A stretch of DNA of 63,808 nt, filler included, from Octopus bimaculoides (taxonomy: Eukaryota): assembly GCF_001194135.2 (NCBI RefSeq). It is 5 parts of 5 records of this genome, joined end to end, with 100 filler letters (N's around TTAATTAATTAA, not from the genome) between each part and the next. Parts side by side here need not be neighbours in the genome. Positions count along the whole stretch, not along the records: positions 22,322 to 36,943 come from NC_068981.1; 4 more parts are not named here. One strand, given 5' to 3'. How positions within the stretch are numbered: the stretch's first letter is position 1; every line of letters begins with the position of its first letter. Shown in pieces: positions 22,222 through 36,008 of the stretch. The position numbers were made by a program, and so were the translations under genes. The notes beneath the pieces were generated by a model. That model did no database searches. It was not told the origin of the DNA and saw only the letters and a list, made by a program, of their open reading frames with translations.

Positions 22222-22321
22222 NNNNNNNNNNNNNNNNNNNNNNNNNNNNNNNNNNNNNNNNNNNNTTAATTAATTAANNNNNNNNNNNNNNNNNNNNNNN
22301 NNNNNNNNNNNNNNNNNNNNN
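22222..22321. other. Assembly placeholder gap: 44 N + TTAATTAATTAA + 44 N (same at 36944-37043, 44020-44119, 60699-60798)
   Basis: Four identical 100-nt constructs; the linker carries stop codons in all six frames. Flanks are not necessarily contiguous. Confidence 0.9.
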
Positions 22322-24050
22322 TAATATCTGTTACGTGAACGATAATATTTTGAAAACAAAAGTGTTTCATAGGACGGCGAGCTGGCAGAGACGTTAGCAC
22401 GACGGGCGAAATGCTTAGTGGTATTTTGTCTGTCTTTACATTCTGAGATCAATTTCCGCTGAGGTCGACTTTGCCTTTCATCCCTTCTGGGTCGATAAAT
22501 TAAGTACCAGTTGCGTACTGGGGTTGATCTAATCGACTGGCCCCCAAAATTTGGAGCCTTGCGCCTAAAGTAGAAAAGAATATTAACATTTCATATAAAT
22601 ATGTTTATGTGTGTAACTGATAAAGTAAAAACAACTAAAGATAAAAATTTGCAGTTTTATTTTGATTAAAATATCAACGTCTTTAGAGCAAAACCTTATA
22701 ATGCTGTTCGCCTGCTTTCACTTCTCTGACCATCACTCACTCCCACTCCGTTTGTGACCGATGAGACACATTGCGTTTTATTTTATGTAAGTTGATTTTT
22801 TTAAATACAAATCGAAAACTAATTTTTTCATGTAAAACTTTATAAATAATAATAATACTTTCTAATGCTGACACAAAGCCAGCAATTATTTTGAGAAGGA
22901 GCAAGTCAATTACATTGACTGAATGCAATCTGAAAGACAAAGTCATCCTAGGCGGTATTTGAATATTGAACGCGTGTCGGACGAAATGCCGCCAAGTACT
23001 TGGTTCGGAATGTTAACAATTCTGCTAGCTCGCTTATAAACAATAATAATTATATCAAAGATAATCACTAGAAACCAAACTATAATGCACAGCCAGCCGT
23101 CGCTCGCGAGTGAATATGGCTTGTCAACATGCACCATGATTTCACTAATTGCATTAAGTGCTTATGTAATTGTGAACAGACGCTTCTCAGCCCATGCAGA
23201 CTGGCGATTGATACACATGGAATAATGTGAAACAAAACGCCTTGCTCAACATCGCCCGCATCCAGAATCTGATCCTGCGATCTTATGATCATGTGTCAAG
23301 CACCTTCAGGTATCGAAATATCGAAATGTTTGGGTTGACTAAATTAAAAAGAAAATGTATAAAATTATCTATGTTGTTTTTAGCGTGATAAAAAAAATTT
23401 AATGTTTCTACATAAATCTGCTATATACCTTCACCGCCCTCTCATGTCTGTTGTCTCTTATATCCGAAAGTTACATGTTTAATTAAAGCTTATACCTAGT
23501 CTTTCTTTTGAAATCCTTTATGTCATTAATATATCAATCACCGTATTTTTCTCTTCCGTTTACTGCTAATTAATCAGTTCTATGAATATGTCACATTAAT
23601 CTGACGTGACCTTTTCTTCATCATTATCTCAGTGACCAATAAAAAAAAAAGATTACGTTAGTTCTTCGATATCTAACCTTTATTGAATAATAAAATATCT
23701 TTAAATTAATTCTCAACCTTCTCTTTTATTATCAACTTCACACTCCGTTGACTGGTGACAGTATTGCTAAAACAGTGCGGATTGAAAATCAAACGAAACA
23801 AAAAGCAAAAACGAAAAGTCTAGCAAAAGCAGAAAATAAATTCATGGCATTGCAACACGTGAGGATGGATGAGAGGACAACGATGAAATCAGCACATCAT
23901 CATAATATTAAGATACTTTATTCAGTAATAGTTATGAAGTGTGATGTATGAGGAAAGGTCAAGATTGTTTTAACTGCAGTTTTTGAGTGAAGGAATGTCG
24001 AGATATGAAATTTATTTCAGAAAGAGAGATATAGAGGGAGGAAGAGAATA

Positions 24051-24081
<31 letters not shown>

Positions 24082-24544
24082 TTAGAAGAATGGGAGTGCA
24101 CATCAAAGACCGGAGAAGTGAAATGTTGATTAATTCCTGAGATCTTTGTCAAATGAAATGAATATTGTGAAGGAAACGCTAAAACTGAACAGAAAAGGAC
24201 GACTAAAAAAAAAAAAAAATTAAATACCATCAGTACTGATCTAAAGCATACGATATTTCAATACGTAACGTAGGCGTTAAGCAGAGCAAAGAATATTTTT
24301 GAAGAGGACATTTCCAGTTTTAATATTTGGATTGAATATTTGAATTTGTGGCGAATTCAGAGGTGCAGCATGTGTGAAGGGAAGCAAAATTTACCTGGGT
24401 ATGAAGTTTATTAAGAATCCTTGCTATGCTACTGGTCGAATGTATATTAACAAGGCGGAATGGCAAAGTATGCGACGAGCTTGCCGAATTCATGACATTT
24501 TCGATTCCTAGTTAACTCTTGTTTGATAATGTTTTCTAATTTAT

Positions 24545-24930
24545 GTTGTTGTTGGCACTCCGTCGCTTACGACGTCGAGGGTTCCAGTTGATCAGATCAA
24601 CGGAACAGCCTGCTCGTGAAATTAACGTGCAAGTGGTTGAGCACTCCACAGACACGTGTACCCTTAATGTAGTTCTCGGGGATATTCAGCGTGACACAGT
24701 GTGACAAGGCTGACCCTTTGAATTACAGGCACAACAGAAACAGGAAGTAAGAGTGAGAGAAAGTTGTGGTGAAAGAGTACAGCAGGGTTCGCCACCATCC
24801 CCTGCCGGAGACTCGTGGAGCTTTAGGTGTTTTCGCTCAATAAACACTCACAACGCCCGGTCTGGGAATCGAAACCGCGATCCTATGACCGCGAGTCTGC
24901 TGCCCTAACCACTGGGCCATTGCACCTCCA
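24545..24930 (-). mobile_element. tRNA-derived SINE family A, full length
   Basis: Head TGGAGGTGCAATGGCCCAGTGG (A box) ... GTTTCGATTCCC (B box); (AAC)n tail; near-identical to the copies at 53334, 58531 and 60393. Confidence 0.85.
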
Positions 24931-26699
24931 CTTTCTAATTTAAATACAATGAAAATAAGCATAAACGTTATAATCTGATTGATTCTGCCTTTTAGCACCT
25001 CAACATCGATACCAGTGATATACTGAATTCTATGATAAATGTATGCCAATTGCTCTCCTTTTGCCAGTCCCTCCACACCTACATTAGAATGAGATAAGTT
25101 AACATAAGCCTATTTTGGGAAAAATGCATTTCTTTTTAAAAAGTATACCCAGAAAGATAGTTCAAATATGGAATTACTTTTAAGGTAGCAAGATTTAAAT
25201 ATATTGTTTGAGAAAATATGTTGTGTTGCACTCAAATTGGTGTTTAGAGGGAAATTATATTTTGTAATGAAGTTTAGAGAAATATGTGATTTAATAAAAA
25301 AAAAAATATCTTCTTCCGTTTTAAAAAATATATACTAAGATGTATTTACGAGAAAAAAGTAGATAATATATTTTAAATGGAGAGCTATAAATGCTAGAAT
25401 CGATTAGGTGAGTAGCGAACAAAATGCTTTGCATATTTGATTACATCTCTTCACGACTTTAGTTCAAATCATGCCCTTCTGGGTTTCAATCGGACAAGCT
25501 CAGGATTTGATATAATTTAATAAATCCATCCACTAATATGCGTGCTTATGTCAAAAATTAATATATTTCAGTGATAAACATTTTTCGCACCGTCAGTGTA
25601 GCAAATCTTAGATATTTAACTAAACGTAGCACGTTTATAGTATGATTCTCAGCTTACATAGACAGTTAGTGTAAATGTTTGACTTGAATAAGTTAACGAG
25701 TTGATTACGAAACCGCTTTGTGCAAATATTACAGATGCGATTTTCAGTCACCAAGTAAATTATGAAACTTGAATAATACCATAAATACACAGCCTGATAT
25801 TAATATTTTCAATTCTACGTGTAAGATGTCGAATTTTCATGAGAGATCTCATACTAAGGATGACAGAAAGCATTAGCAACTGGAGTTAAAAATTATGACA
25901 GGAAGCATTAGCACTTGAATTTAAACAAAATTTCTGGAAAGTAACCTCGAAGATGTCACCTCTTAGTTGCTGAGATTAAATCGTTCATAATTATTTGCGA
26001 CAATCCCTCATCTAATTCAGAATTTTAAAACACTAGTACAATAGATAACTGTTCTTGGCAAAGCAAATCAATTTTGTCAATGCGTAAAACTTAATAATCT
26101 GGAGAAATCAGTGCTGGAAAATACAAATATTAAAGTCTGCAGTATCAATTAACAATGACTGGCACATATTCATTGCTGGTTCTCCACGCAACACTGCCAA
26201 CAGCAGAGAACATAGAGAACATACCGAAGACAGGAAATTTAATTTTACAAATTAACGTATAATTTTCATTTCAAAAAGGACAAGAATTGGAAAATCATGA
26301 ATTTTAGAGGTAATGAAAGTAAAAAAAAAAAAAAAATCTTCAGGAAAAATCAGGTTTTAAGAGTATCGATGAAGTATTTTTTTAATCTTTTACCTGTTTT
26401 GATCATTGAACTGCGGCCATGCTAGAGCATCGCCTTGACAGGTTTAGTCGAACAAATCGACTCCAGTACTTATTTTTAAAGTTTGGTGCCTATTCTATCG
26501 GTCTCTTTTGCCGAAACGGTAAGTTACGGGGGTCGTAAACAAACCATCATCGCTTATTAAGTGTTTGCTGGGGACAAACACAAACACGCACATACGTATA
26601 TGATGGGCATCCTCATAATTTCCGACGACCAAATTCTTNNNNNNNNNNATAATAGAAGACACTTGCTCAAGGTGCAGCGCAGTGGGACTGAACCCGAAA

Positions 26700-27950
26700 C
26701 TGAAGTGAGAGGATTAACCACCTACTATACACGTGGAAGAAAATACGGCACAGTGGAGGTTAGGTTCTCCAGTGACGAGGACGTTATTAACCGTTCCACT
26801 GAGCCAATAAGGACACAAGAGTGGGTGTTGCTGCCGATGTACTGTAGCAAACGTGTTGCCAGAGTGGGAGTCGGCAGAGTGCCCCCCCGAGATCGAAGAG
26901 GCATAGCTGGTGGCAGCAGTCATGCACGGAATGGAGGAAGATGTAAGGATTCTGAAGATAACCAGAACGAAGGAAGTTAATTGTTGGGGCTACGGCCTAG
27001 AAATGATAATTCAAGTTGGGGGTTAAAAGACATTACGCTAAGAATGGTGGTGGAGGGAAGACCTCCAACATGTTTTCTATGTAAACAAAAAGGACATATG
27101 GATGCAATGTGCTCTCAGCAAGAAAGTGAAGTTGAGGAACAACAACGCGAAGAGCAGCTCGCCGAAGAAGAGGGGTTGGAAAATAAAGAAGAGACATTTA
27201 ATGTAAAAAAGCGAAAGAGAAAAGAGTGGGGGAGCTCTCTGACAGAGAACCAAAAACAAAAGAAGGAAAGTAGAGGAGAAAATAGAGGAGGTACAGAGGA
27301 ACTAGTCAGATACACCAGCAGAAGTATTGCAACATAGAGTGGAAGATATAATTGTAGACGGTTTTGGGTATGTACAGACGGAGGAATCAAGGAAAACGAA
27401 TAGCTCGGACAGTCCAGGTCTGGAGCGAAAACAAGTAAATACTTATAAGAAAAAGTGGCATGTAGTAACATATGTGAAAAGTACCGCCATAGAGCGGAAA
27501 ATGACGAAATTCAAAGGTGCCATAAGGATTAAACTACCAGCTGAACGTTACCCGGAACACAGAAAGGGAGTGGTGATTGAGAAGGAAAGGTATAAAAAGT
27601 TGAAAGAACTATTTATTGATGAAGTGAGCACTTTGGGGAAAGAAACTGAATTTGAAGAACTACCAAAAGTAGCTACATACGAGGAGTTAATACCTCTAAT
27701 GAATGGTAATAGAGGAGTACTTTAAAAGAGGAAGGAAAAAAGAAATGGACTTATTAACAAAGGAGGAAAAAAAGAGGAAATAGACTAAAAAAATGCAAAA
27801 AGAAAACTCATAACTTGTATAAATTAACAGTTAACAATTAATCATTATCATCGATTTCATTCGTTTTATGTTTTTTGTCTCCACCGAGGTGTCCTGTCTG
27901 TCCTTGTGCTCTCCCCTCTGTGTAAGAGCCCGAGCGCTTAGATAAAGAAA
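26700..27950 (+). mobile_element. L1/Tx1-like ORF1 (gag-like) relic with CCHC zinc knuckle; no ORF2 seen
   Basis: VEVRF, WVLLPMY, VVEGRPPTCFLCKQKGHMDAMC (CX2CX4HX4C) followed by a K/E-rich region and an A-rich 3' part; interrupts a SINE at 26700. Confidence 0.65.
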
Positions 27951-30719
27951 TACTGTTGTGAAGTTAATGATAGACTTTCTGTTTTCTATTATGGACTATA
28001 CTGTGTAGAAAACAATATGTACCAAGGGTTTGTTGCAATATGTGAAAGTTGGAAATACTAATTAGGACTCTTCTCTTAGAATGAAATATATTCGAAGAAT
28101 ATTATTATGGAACGACTTGCTTAAAATACAAGGACAATTTAATATTATTTTGGTTTTAATACTATGATAGGGTGAAAGTTTTAGTTAAAAATTACATTTC
28201 TTATGCTGGCAATAAAACTTACTTTATACAAATGTTTAGTATTTTTACATTATCCGTACAGCAGTCAACACAGCTGATAACTTGCATTTCTTCCTGGTAA
28301 TAAATATTACTTTTTATCTGGAAGTTTCTAGTGGTAATTCTTCTTCTGTCTAGACAAAAGAAATCAATAACATCAATGTTATTCGTGTTTTATGTCAATG
28401 ACTCGGATCTCCAAACATTGAATCATGATGTTCACACTTTGTTATAAATACATTGCAGCAATTTTATTGATGCTTGACGATACCCATCACTAAAATTATT
28501 ACGAAATTGTCTCGAATTTCTTTTCGACAACATTTCTGATGGCTCTGTTGATTCCAGTGGGAGTTTCAGAAAATTCAATTTTAAGTTAGCCTTTACAGGT
28601 TACAGTGAATTTCAGATAAAATCTTGAGACCGATTAATTCCAGTACTTTTTAAAACTTTTAATATGGTTTCAGGAATTAGATATGATTTGAAAAACTTCA
28701 TTCACGTTTCGTTTTCGATATAACGATGCTATACATGTCACATATCAAATAAATAGAAAGTTTGTTGGAGTATAAATTAAAAGTAGTTGCACCAGTTTCG
28801 AACATGATGAAATTCCATATTATACACATCGATTTAAGAGAGGCCTTCTGGCAGGACTCGAACCACTTTAGCTATTATTTATGGTAGTTAAAAGCTTGTA
28901 ACATTTTCCCTGTGACTTATTTCTGGGATTTCTTTTTCCAGGGACTATCTTCGTCCAACTGAAAAGTATCCTCGTTTGTACCCCTTTCAAATATTCTAAT
29001 AAACATTCAATGATTGTAAAAACAGCATTTGTAGTCTTAATATTGTCATATAGAAACAATTATATATCTGCAGCTTAAAACGACCATTTACAAATATCCA
29101 TTTACCCCAGCGTTCCTTGAAGTCATGTTTTGTTTTCTTATTATCTCTGTTGCTTGCTATATGGAACAGTACAAATCCAAAAATAGCGCAACGCTTATAA
29201 TCTTATCTCAGGACGGGAGATGGCAGAAACATTAGCGCTTGGTTATGCCTCTTTATGTTATTGGTTCAAATTATACCCAGGCTGTCTTTGCTTTTCATCC
29301 TTTACAGATCAATAAAATACATAATTGATTTATATCGGGTTGACATTTTCGAAGCAAACTAAAGACTAACGAACTACCAAATGGAAAAACTATTCCCAAT
29401 CATTGTAAAATTTGTGGCTGTGTATAAAAGGATATAAAAATATAAAGCGGAAATATATACGAATTCACATATCTCAGCAACTGTTTATCATCCATGGAGC
29501 TACATATCGTTTTTAATCAACATAACAATCATTATCAGGCAGAAGGCGCCTGAGAATTGCTTAACTTTCAAGCAGTTATTTTTCTTACGCAAACCGATGT
29601 ATAAGAACTGGGGTCGATATAATCGACTATAACGGTATCTGTCCCACTTCAATGACCATTACAAGAATAAATTCTTGTACTACTATTACGACAAGTACAG
29701 CCCCACTGTTACGCAAAGTTACTACAATCACCATACAACTACGACTACTATGTTTCCCAATTACTCGATATTTGAGGTTTTATAGACTTTTTACACTGTA
29801 TAGCCAGATAGTCTGATCACGAACAGACAGACAGTTAGCCAGTCAGTTCTATTACAGTTTTATTAATATATTCAAAAAAGCAGTAGGTTTTAAGTTTTCA
29901 TTAATGCAAAGCGATATTGCGTTGTTGATGTCTGATCTGAATTACACAAGTCACATTATCAATGTTACAGTATAAATTTTACATTAGAAACAACAACATA
30001 CACACATGTTATTTATGATTTTGATTACTCGCACATTCCTCATATGGTCAATGAGGTTAAATATGCTTGACTTGTATCAGTAAAAGCAAATGCAATATTG
30101 AATTCGTAATGAGTCAAAAGTGTTAAAGTTCTTTCAAAAAATACTACTCAACCAAGACTAGTGTTAGGAAAACAAACAAATAAACAAGCAAACAAACAAA
30201 CAAACTAAAAGACCATTTATTTTATAATAAAAAATATCATATCATTTCAAAAGGAATTTTTAAATCCCCATACCTCACCTCGTACATATTCCAAATAAAT
30301 ATAAAAAAATAAGAAAGTTATCAGTTTGTTTGTAATTTAATAGGGAAAATGTCTAAATTTTCTTTTCTTTTCTTTTTTTCTTTTAGCTTAATGATGGATT
30401 GATAGAGTAATTACAAAACCATTATCTGATCGTATCAAAAGTGATACAATTCCATTAATCGAACAACACAGAATCCAACCTTTGGAAGCATAATAACCGT
30501 GGTGTTTAATATTTCTATCTTTTACGTTATCTCCGGGGAGCCGAGGAAGACGATACTTTGTCTGTTTATTGCATTGTTTTGCACAGAATCTATTTTTTTC
30601 AAGACCTGGCGAAATGTTACTGACAACCTGTAGAATTTCAGCTAGTCAAGATCGAAGGTCTATGTCTCGCCTCGCACTGTGTTCTGTTAATGATACTTTC
30701 AATAAACCAACAAGCCAGA

Positions 30720-31140
30720 TTCGGAAATGTATCTCGTCAACAAGGGAACTCTACGTATCCATTCGACTTGCAAGAAATAGCAGTCAAATTTGCTCAGATC
30801 AAATCCTTCCATCTTAAAAAAAGGGCCACATTGTTAATACAGACCTATATACTCTATATCTGAAAACAGGTGGGATGGTGATAGCTGAAATACCTTTGAT
30901 CATTGGTTTGCTCACTCATTGTTAGTAAGGGCTTAACAACAACGATAATAACAGTAATAACATGTATCACAACAAGAGAGCCTCTACGTGGTTCCGCGAC
31001 ATGTTAGAAATAGCAGCAAAATCTCCATTAAATCACACTCTATTACCTACAAAAGAGAAGGACATATTGAGTAATGTAATCCTGTATATTATGTCTGAAA
31101 AAGAAAAAAAGACTTGATGGTCAATAGACTAGAGTTGACT
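30720..31140 (+). repeat. Old unclassified dispersed repeat (two copies)
   Basis: Shared GAAATAGCAGCCAAAT...GGATGGT...CCTTTGATCA pattern also at about 19905-20100 and 36575-36790. Confidence 0.45.
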
Positions 31141-31779
31141 TGTGTCTCCAGTGAATCGCTGTACGCAGTAGAAGTATTGTAAAAATGACAGGTGTTTGGC
31201 TAGTATGTTGTAACTCTCATAGACATTAAATAAACAAGTTACTAATACGCGTTATTCTCTATGACATTACATAAAGAAAATTACACATTACTACAAGTCA
31301 TCTATACCAGCTGTCTAACGATTCCTGAGTTCATCATCTCTACTGCATTTGTGATTCAACGATTAAAGCAAGACTGAAAGGAGAAGTAAAGCAACTGAAT
31401 GTTAATTCAAATATGATGACTTGCCAATATATCATTGAGAAAGTGAGAGAAAGAGTAAAAGAAAAAGAGTCTGATCGCTACCATCCTGTGTTTTAAATAT
31501 GGCAACTACATAAGGGAGCTAATTAATGCATTAGTAAAATGCTCATCCTAATATTAAGGAGCTAAAAAAGCTTTTTGTCAATACTGCTTATTCATAGATA
31601 CATGAGAAAGCTTCCTAAAGAGCGGCTGTCTTTACGAAGGTTTATAAAAATTGGTGAGATACTGAGAAGTTTCCGTAACTGAGACCTATTGAATTTAAAT
31701 ACTTCATCTTATATCACGAAGACATTTTTCAAAGCAAATTCAACACCTTAAATAACGAGTCCCCAGATAAAAATCTACT

Positions 31780-31810
<31 letters not shown>

Positions 31811-32899
31811 AAATTTGTGGCTTTATGCAAAAGAAAAAAAACTCTTCTGGAAGCTCAAAATCTCAAACAGAAATATATACTAAATCCAATATCTCAGCAA
31901 CAGTATATCGTCTATGGAACTGCGTTTAACTCACAACACACGAGAAATATCTGCCAGTAACAACACATTCCTTCAAACTTTTTATGTGATTTCTTCTAAT
32001 TTGAAAAGGGGAATCTTTCTCGAAATATTATAGGATCACTAAATAACCTATGTAAGATAATACAATATTTTTTCTCTTTGTTTTCATTTATTAACATCAT
32101 ATTACATATTTTGTCTAATTTCTCGTCTGTATTGCTCAAGTTTTGTTTCAAACATTTATATCAACGTAACTATCATTTATCATACACATGGCACTTGAGA
32201 AGTGTTTATATGCAAGCAATTATGTCTGTACATTAACAAATATAATTATTTAGTAATTCAGTCGCTAATACTTCGGCTGCTTCGGCTATATCATAGTTGT
32301 ATTGATGAATTCAAATAAGGGGGAAACGTCCGAAGTAATTTTACGTTTTTGTTGATAAAAACAAAAAACAAAAATCCCCCCAAAAAACTAAACAAAACCA
32401 AACAAAAAGAACATTAGTCCACGATAAATATCTTATTTTTGCTGCATTTTAGATATTACTACAGTTTTAATAATGTGCCAACCATTAAAAATATTTTATC
32501 TCACTTCATTATCACCATTAAAAACACTCCATTATCGTGTATACATATCCTGCTTATCCTGCTTATCTGATCAGTTTTCCAATCGATATATTGAGTTGGA
32601 TAATAGATTTACTGATCTATAACAATTATCCAGGCATTTCCCTTTAATTATATAAAACTGAAGAATCTGCAGTTCTAGACATTAACAAGATTGTTGAGTT
32701 GATGGAGCTGTAAAATAGTGATGATAATTAGACCTTATGATCAAAATAGGAACCCATCTGGAAGCTTTTACGTAGTTGCTCGAGCTGTTCAATCCAGTCC
32801 CTAGAAATTCTGGTAGCTTCTACGTAGTCGCTGGAGCTATTCAATTCAGTTCCTAAAAATAGGTGTCGTATTTCGAGCCTAAAATCTTAGGATATTCGA

Positions 32900-33570
32900 A
32901 CTGTAATAATTATTTCTGATTTAGGCACAAAGCCAGCATCTTTAAAGAGAGAGGATTAGTCGATACCATCGACTCTAGTACTTGACTGGTACTTTAATTT
33001 ATCGAATCCAGAGGGAAGAATGTTAAGGTTGACTCCTGTTATAACTGAACACAGAATGTAAACAGTCGGCAGAAATACCACAAGGCATTTAATGACTTTG
33101 CTTGCGTGCCACCTTATGCAAAGTTATTATAATCTTTTGTTTAACAGGTACAAGGCTTGACATTTTGAGGTAGGGGGATAGATTGCATTGACCCCAGTGC
33201 TCAACTAGTGCTTATTTATAGAATTCGAAAGAATGAAAGGTAAAGTCGACTTCAGCGGCTTTTGAACTCAGAACGTAAAACAGGAAGAAATGCCGCCTAG
33301 CATTTCGTCCATCCTGCTAACGAATCTGCCAACTCGCAGCCTTAGGCGGAGTTATAATAATCATTTCTTCTCTAGACACAAGGCCTGGAATTTGTGGGGG
33401 GAAGGAGTTAGTCGATCATATAGATTCCAGTACTTGACTGGTATTTAATTTATCGATCCCGAAAGGATGAAAGGCAAAGTCGACCTCGGTGGAATTTGAA
33501 CTGAGAAGGTAAAGACTAACGAAATGTCGCTAAGCATTTTGCCTGGCGTGCTAACGATTCTGCCTGCTCG
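32900..33570 (-). mobile_element. Cluster of three SINE family C copies
   Basis: Repeated CCAGTACTTGACTGGT...GAAAGGCAAAGTCGAC...GAACTCAGAA segments. Confidence 0.7.
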
Positions 33571-35976
33571 CTGTCAAAACGCAATATGATAATAACGTGT
33601 ACACTGTCTTTATGACGTGTTCATATCAAATCCATTTTGATGTGTTGTGATAAAATTCTCGCACACGGCCGCAGCGTCAGCATATATAGAATGCATATTC
33701 GTTGAGGGCTTTGATTCAACACTTTAGAATAATGCACACACACAAAGACAAACTATTCAAATTGTCCAATGTTTTCATTCTTAGAAGCAATGAGGTTTTC
33801 CTGTTCATAGTATCCATTCGCAACTAATAAACTCATCCAAAGAGATTTTACCTTTTGTTAATGACAGAATAGAAATAAAGCTGTGAGGAATCAGAATCGT
33901 TAACACGCCGGGCAAAATGCTTGCTGGAATTTAGTCCGTCTTTGTTCTGAATTGAAATTCTACCGAGGTCGACTTTGCCTTTCATCCTTTCGAGGTCGAT
34001 AAAATATGTACCAGTGAAACACTGGGGTCGATGTAATCGACTAAACCCTCCCCGAAATTGCTAACCTTTTGCCAAAATTTGAAACCAATAATACAACACA
34101 GAATGTAAAGCGCAGGATACGAACATTGACTTTTGCGCTGATAAACTGGTCGTGTATCGACTTGCTCAAGCGAGACCAGCGTTTGTCTAATTATTAAATT
34201 ATAATTGGAAGCTAGAACTTTACATTGTAGATTATCATTTTGCAAATTCTTCAGTTAATGATAGATAAGGTAATTTTAATTTGTTCTTAATAACAGACTA
34301 CCAGAGATTATTTAGTGCAATAGAATCCGTTCTGCTGCACCATTTTAGTATCCCAACGTTAATGATAACTCATTAATATGGACTATTAGTAAAAGTCATT
34401 GAAATAATTAGAGGGTACGAAATAATGGCTTCAGTAATATAAAAGTGTTACTGAGAGATAATATCAACTACTAAACTAATGTGATTTCTCGTCTCTTGAT
34501 TTATATTATCAATAAAAGAGTTGGAATGGTACTGTGTGGGAACAGAAACACTGAGTATCTATAATTTGGGTTTCATTACAATGAGAGATTGCTACGAAGA
34601 CAATGTAAAAGAAAAGCTTCATAATATTTGAATTTCTTCTTCACATAACGCAAGGCTTGCACGAGGTTCTATTTCATAGATTCTGATAGGATGAAGGCAA
34701 AGCAAGCCACCTTGGCGAGATTTGAACTCAGTCGGATCTTTTTATTATTTTTTCTTTAAATTAGACTAAAAAACCTGATATTTTACGAAGAGAGATTAGA
34801 AATTGGTACTGTTCATATCTTTCCCAAGAGTATTAGTGGTTTATCTAAAGTGAAATAGTTTTAAATTTTCAACAAAGGGATCGAAACTGTATTACAGTCT
34901 CGGCATGCTGGACGCTTGCGTTGCCTGCCTTTGAATGAATCTAAATTTTGATTTATGATAAAGGTGCACGACTTCATATTTCGGGGTTCGGTATATAGCC
35001 GATTATATCGACCTCTAATACTTGACACGTACTTCTATTTTTATAGATCCCTGAAGGACGAAAGGAAAAGCTGGCTTCGGTGATATTTAGACTCCGAACG
35101 CAAAGAGCCTTCATTAAATACTGTTATGTTGTATTTTATCTAACAGTATCTAACAATCTACCAAATATTGTTAAGTATGTAGTCTGTAAAATGAATTATA
35201 ATTATCAATTTATGATAGTAGCACATTGCCACAAGATTGGCGACAGGATAGAGTTGAATAGGCGAATCTTAAGTTCTTGATTACCAACTTATTTTATCGA
35301 CATGAGAAGTATGAAAGAAAAAGTTGTCCACGGCAGGATTTGAATTCAAAGTGTCATGCTACGTGAACAGTTGTGAAAGCCGAGAAACAGAAAGGTAACT
35401 GATACAATGTCATATACTAATTTTCTCTTTCCGATTACTAAGTTAAAATCCTACCTGCGTTTCAATTTCGATAACACTATTTTACCAAACTTGGTGAGAT
35501 TGATATTAAGATCAAACCAAGTGAAAATTTTATACCTGTGATATGTTTGTTGATTTAAGTTGATTTAACCAAAAATAGAATCTCCATTACACCAATTGAC
35601 ATTTTGCTGAGATTGAGTGACGTTTATAACTTTTTAGAGGGAATTAGCAGAGCAAGCAAAATAAATTGGTTTCAGTCAGAATCGAAACCAAGTCACAAAA
35701 TCAGCTTGTCATTTAATCTGAGAATATTCAATTTCAAAGCGTTGTAATATAAGACAATTCCTCGCTTAAACTTACCCTTCTCCACTGAAACTGCTTCTCA
35801 TAGCTTACTCTATTAATACCCTTGGGATGGACATGAATGTAAAAATATTCCATTCCGTTTGCCGAAAATTCACACATTTTATTGTCAATAGAAACTAATA
35901 ACCAAAGTTTCATGATACTAGACAACACTGATTGCTTCCAATATGCCTTTCCGAAGCATCGAATATTACAAAAAAA

Positions 35977-36008
<32 letters not shown>

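Noticed and set aside
22266-22277. TTAATTAATTAA islands inside N runs (four sites)
   Set aside because: Identical 44N-12-44N constructs: an assembly linker with stops in six frames, not biology.
28200-28860. Complex-looking stretch tested as coding on both strands
   Set aside because: Multiple stops and no recognisable motif or phase-consistent splice pair.
32761-32860. Two diverged 52-bp direct repeats
   Set aside because: A simple local tandem duplication with no further structure.
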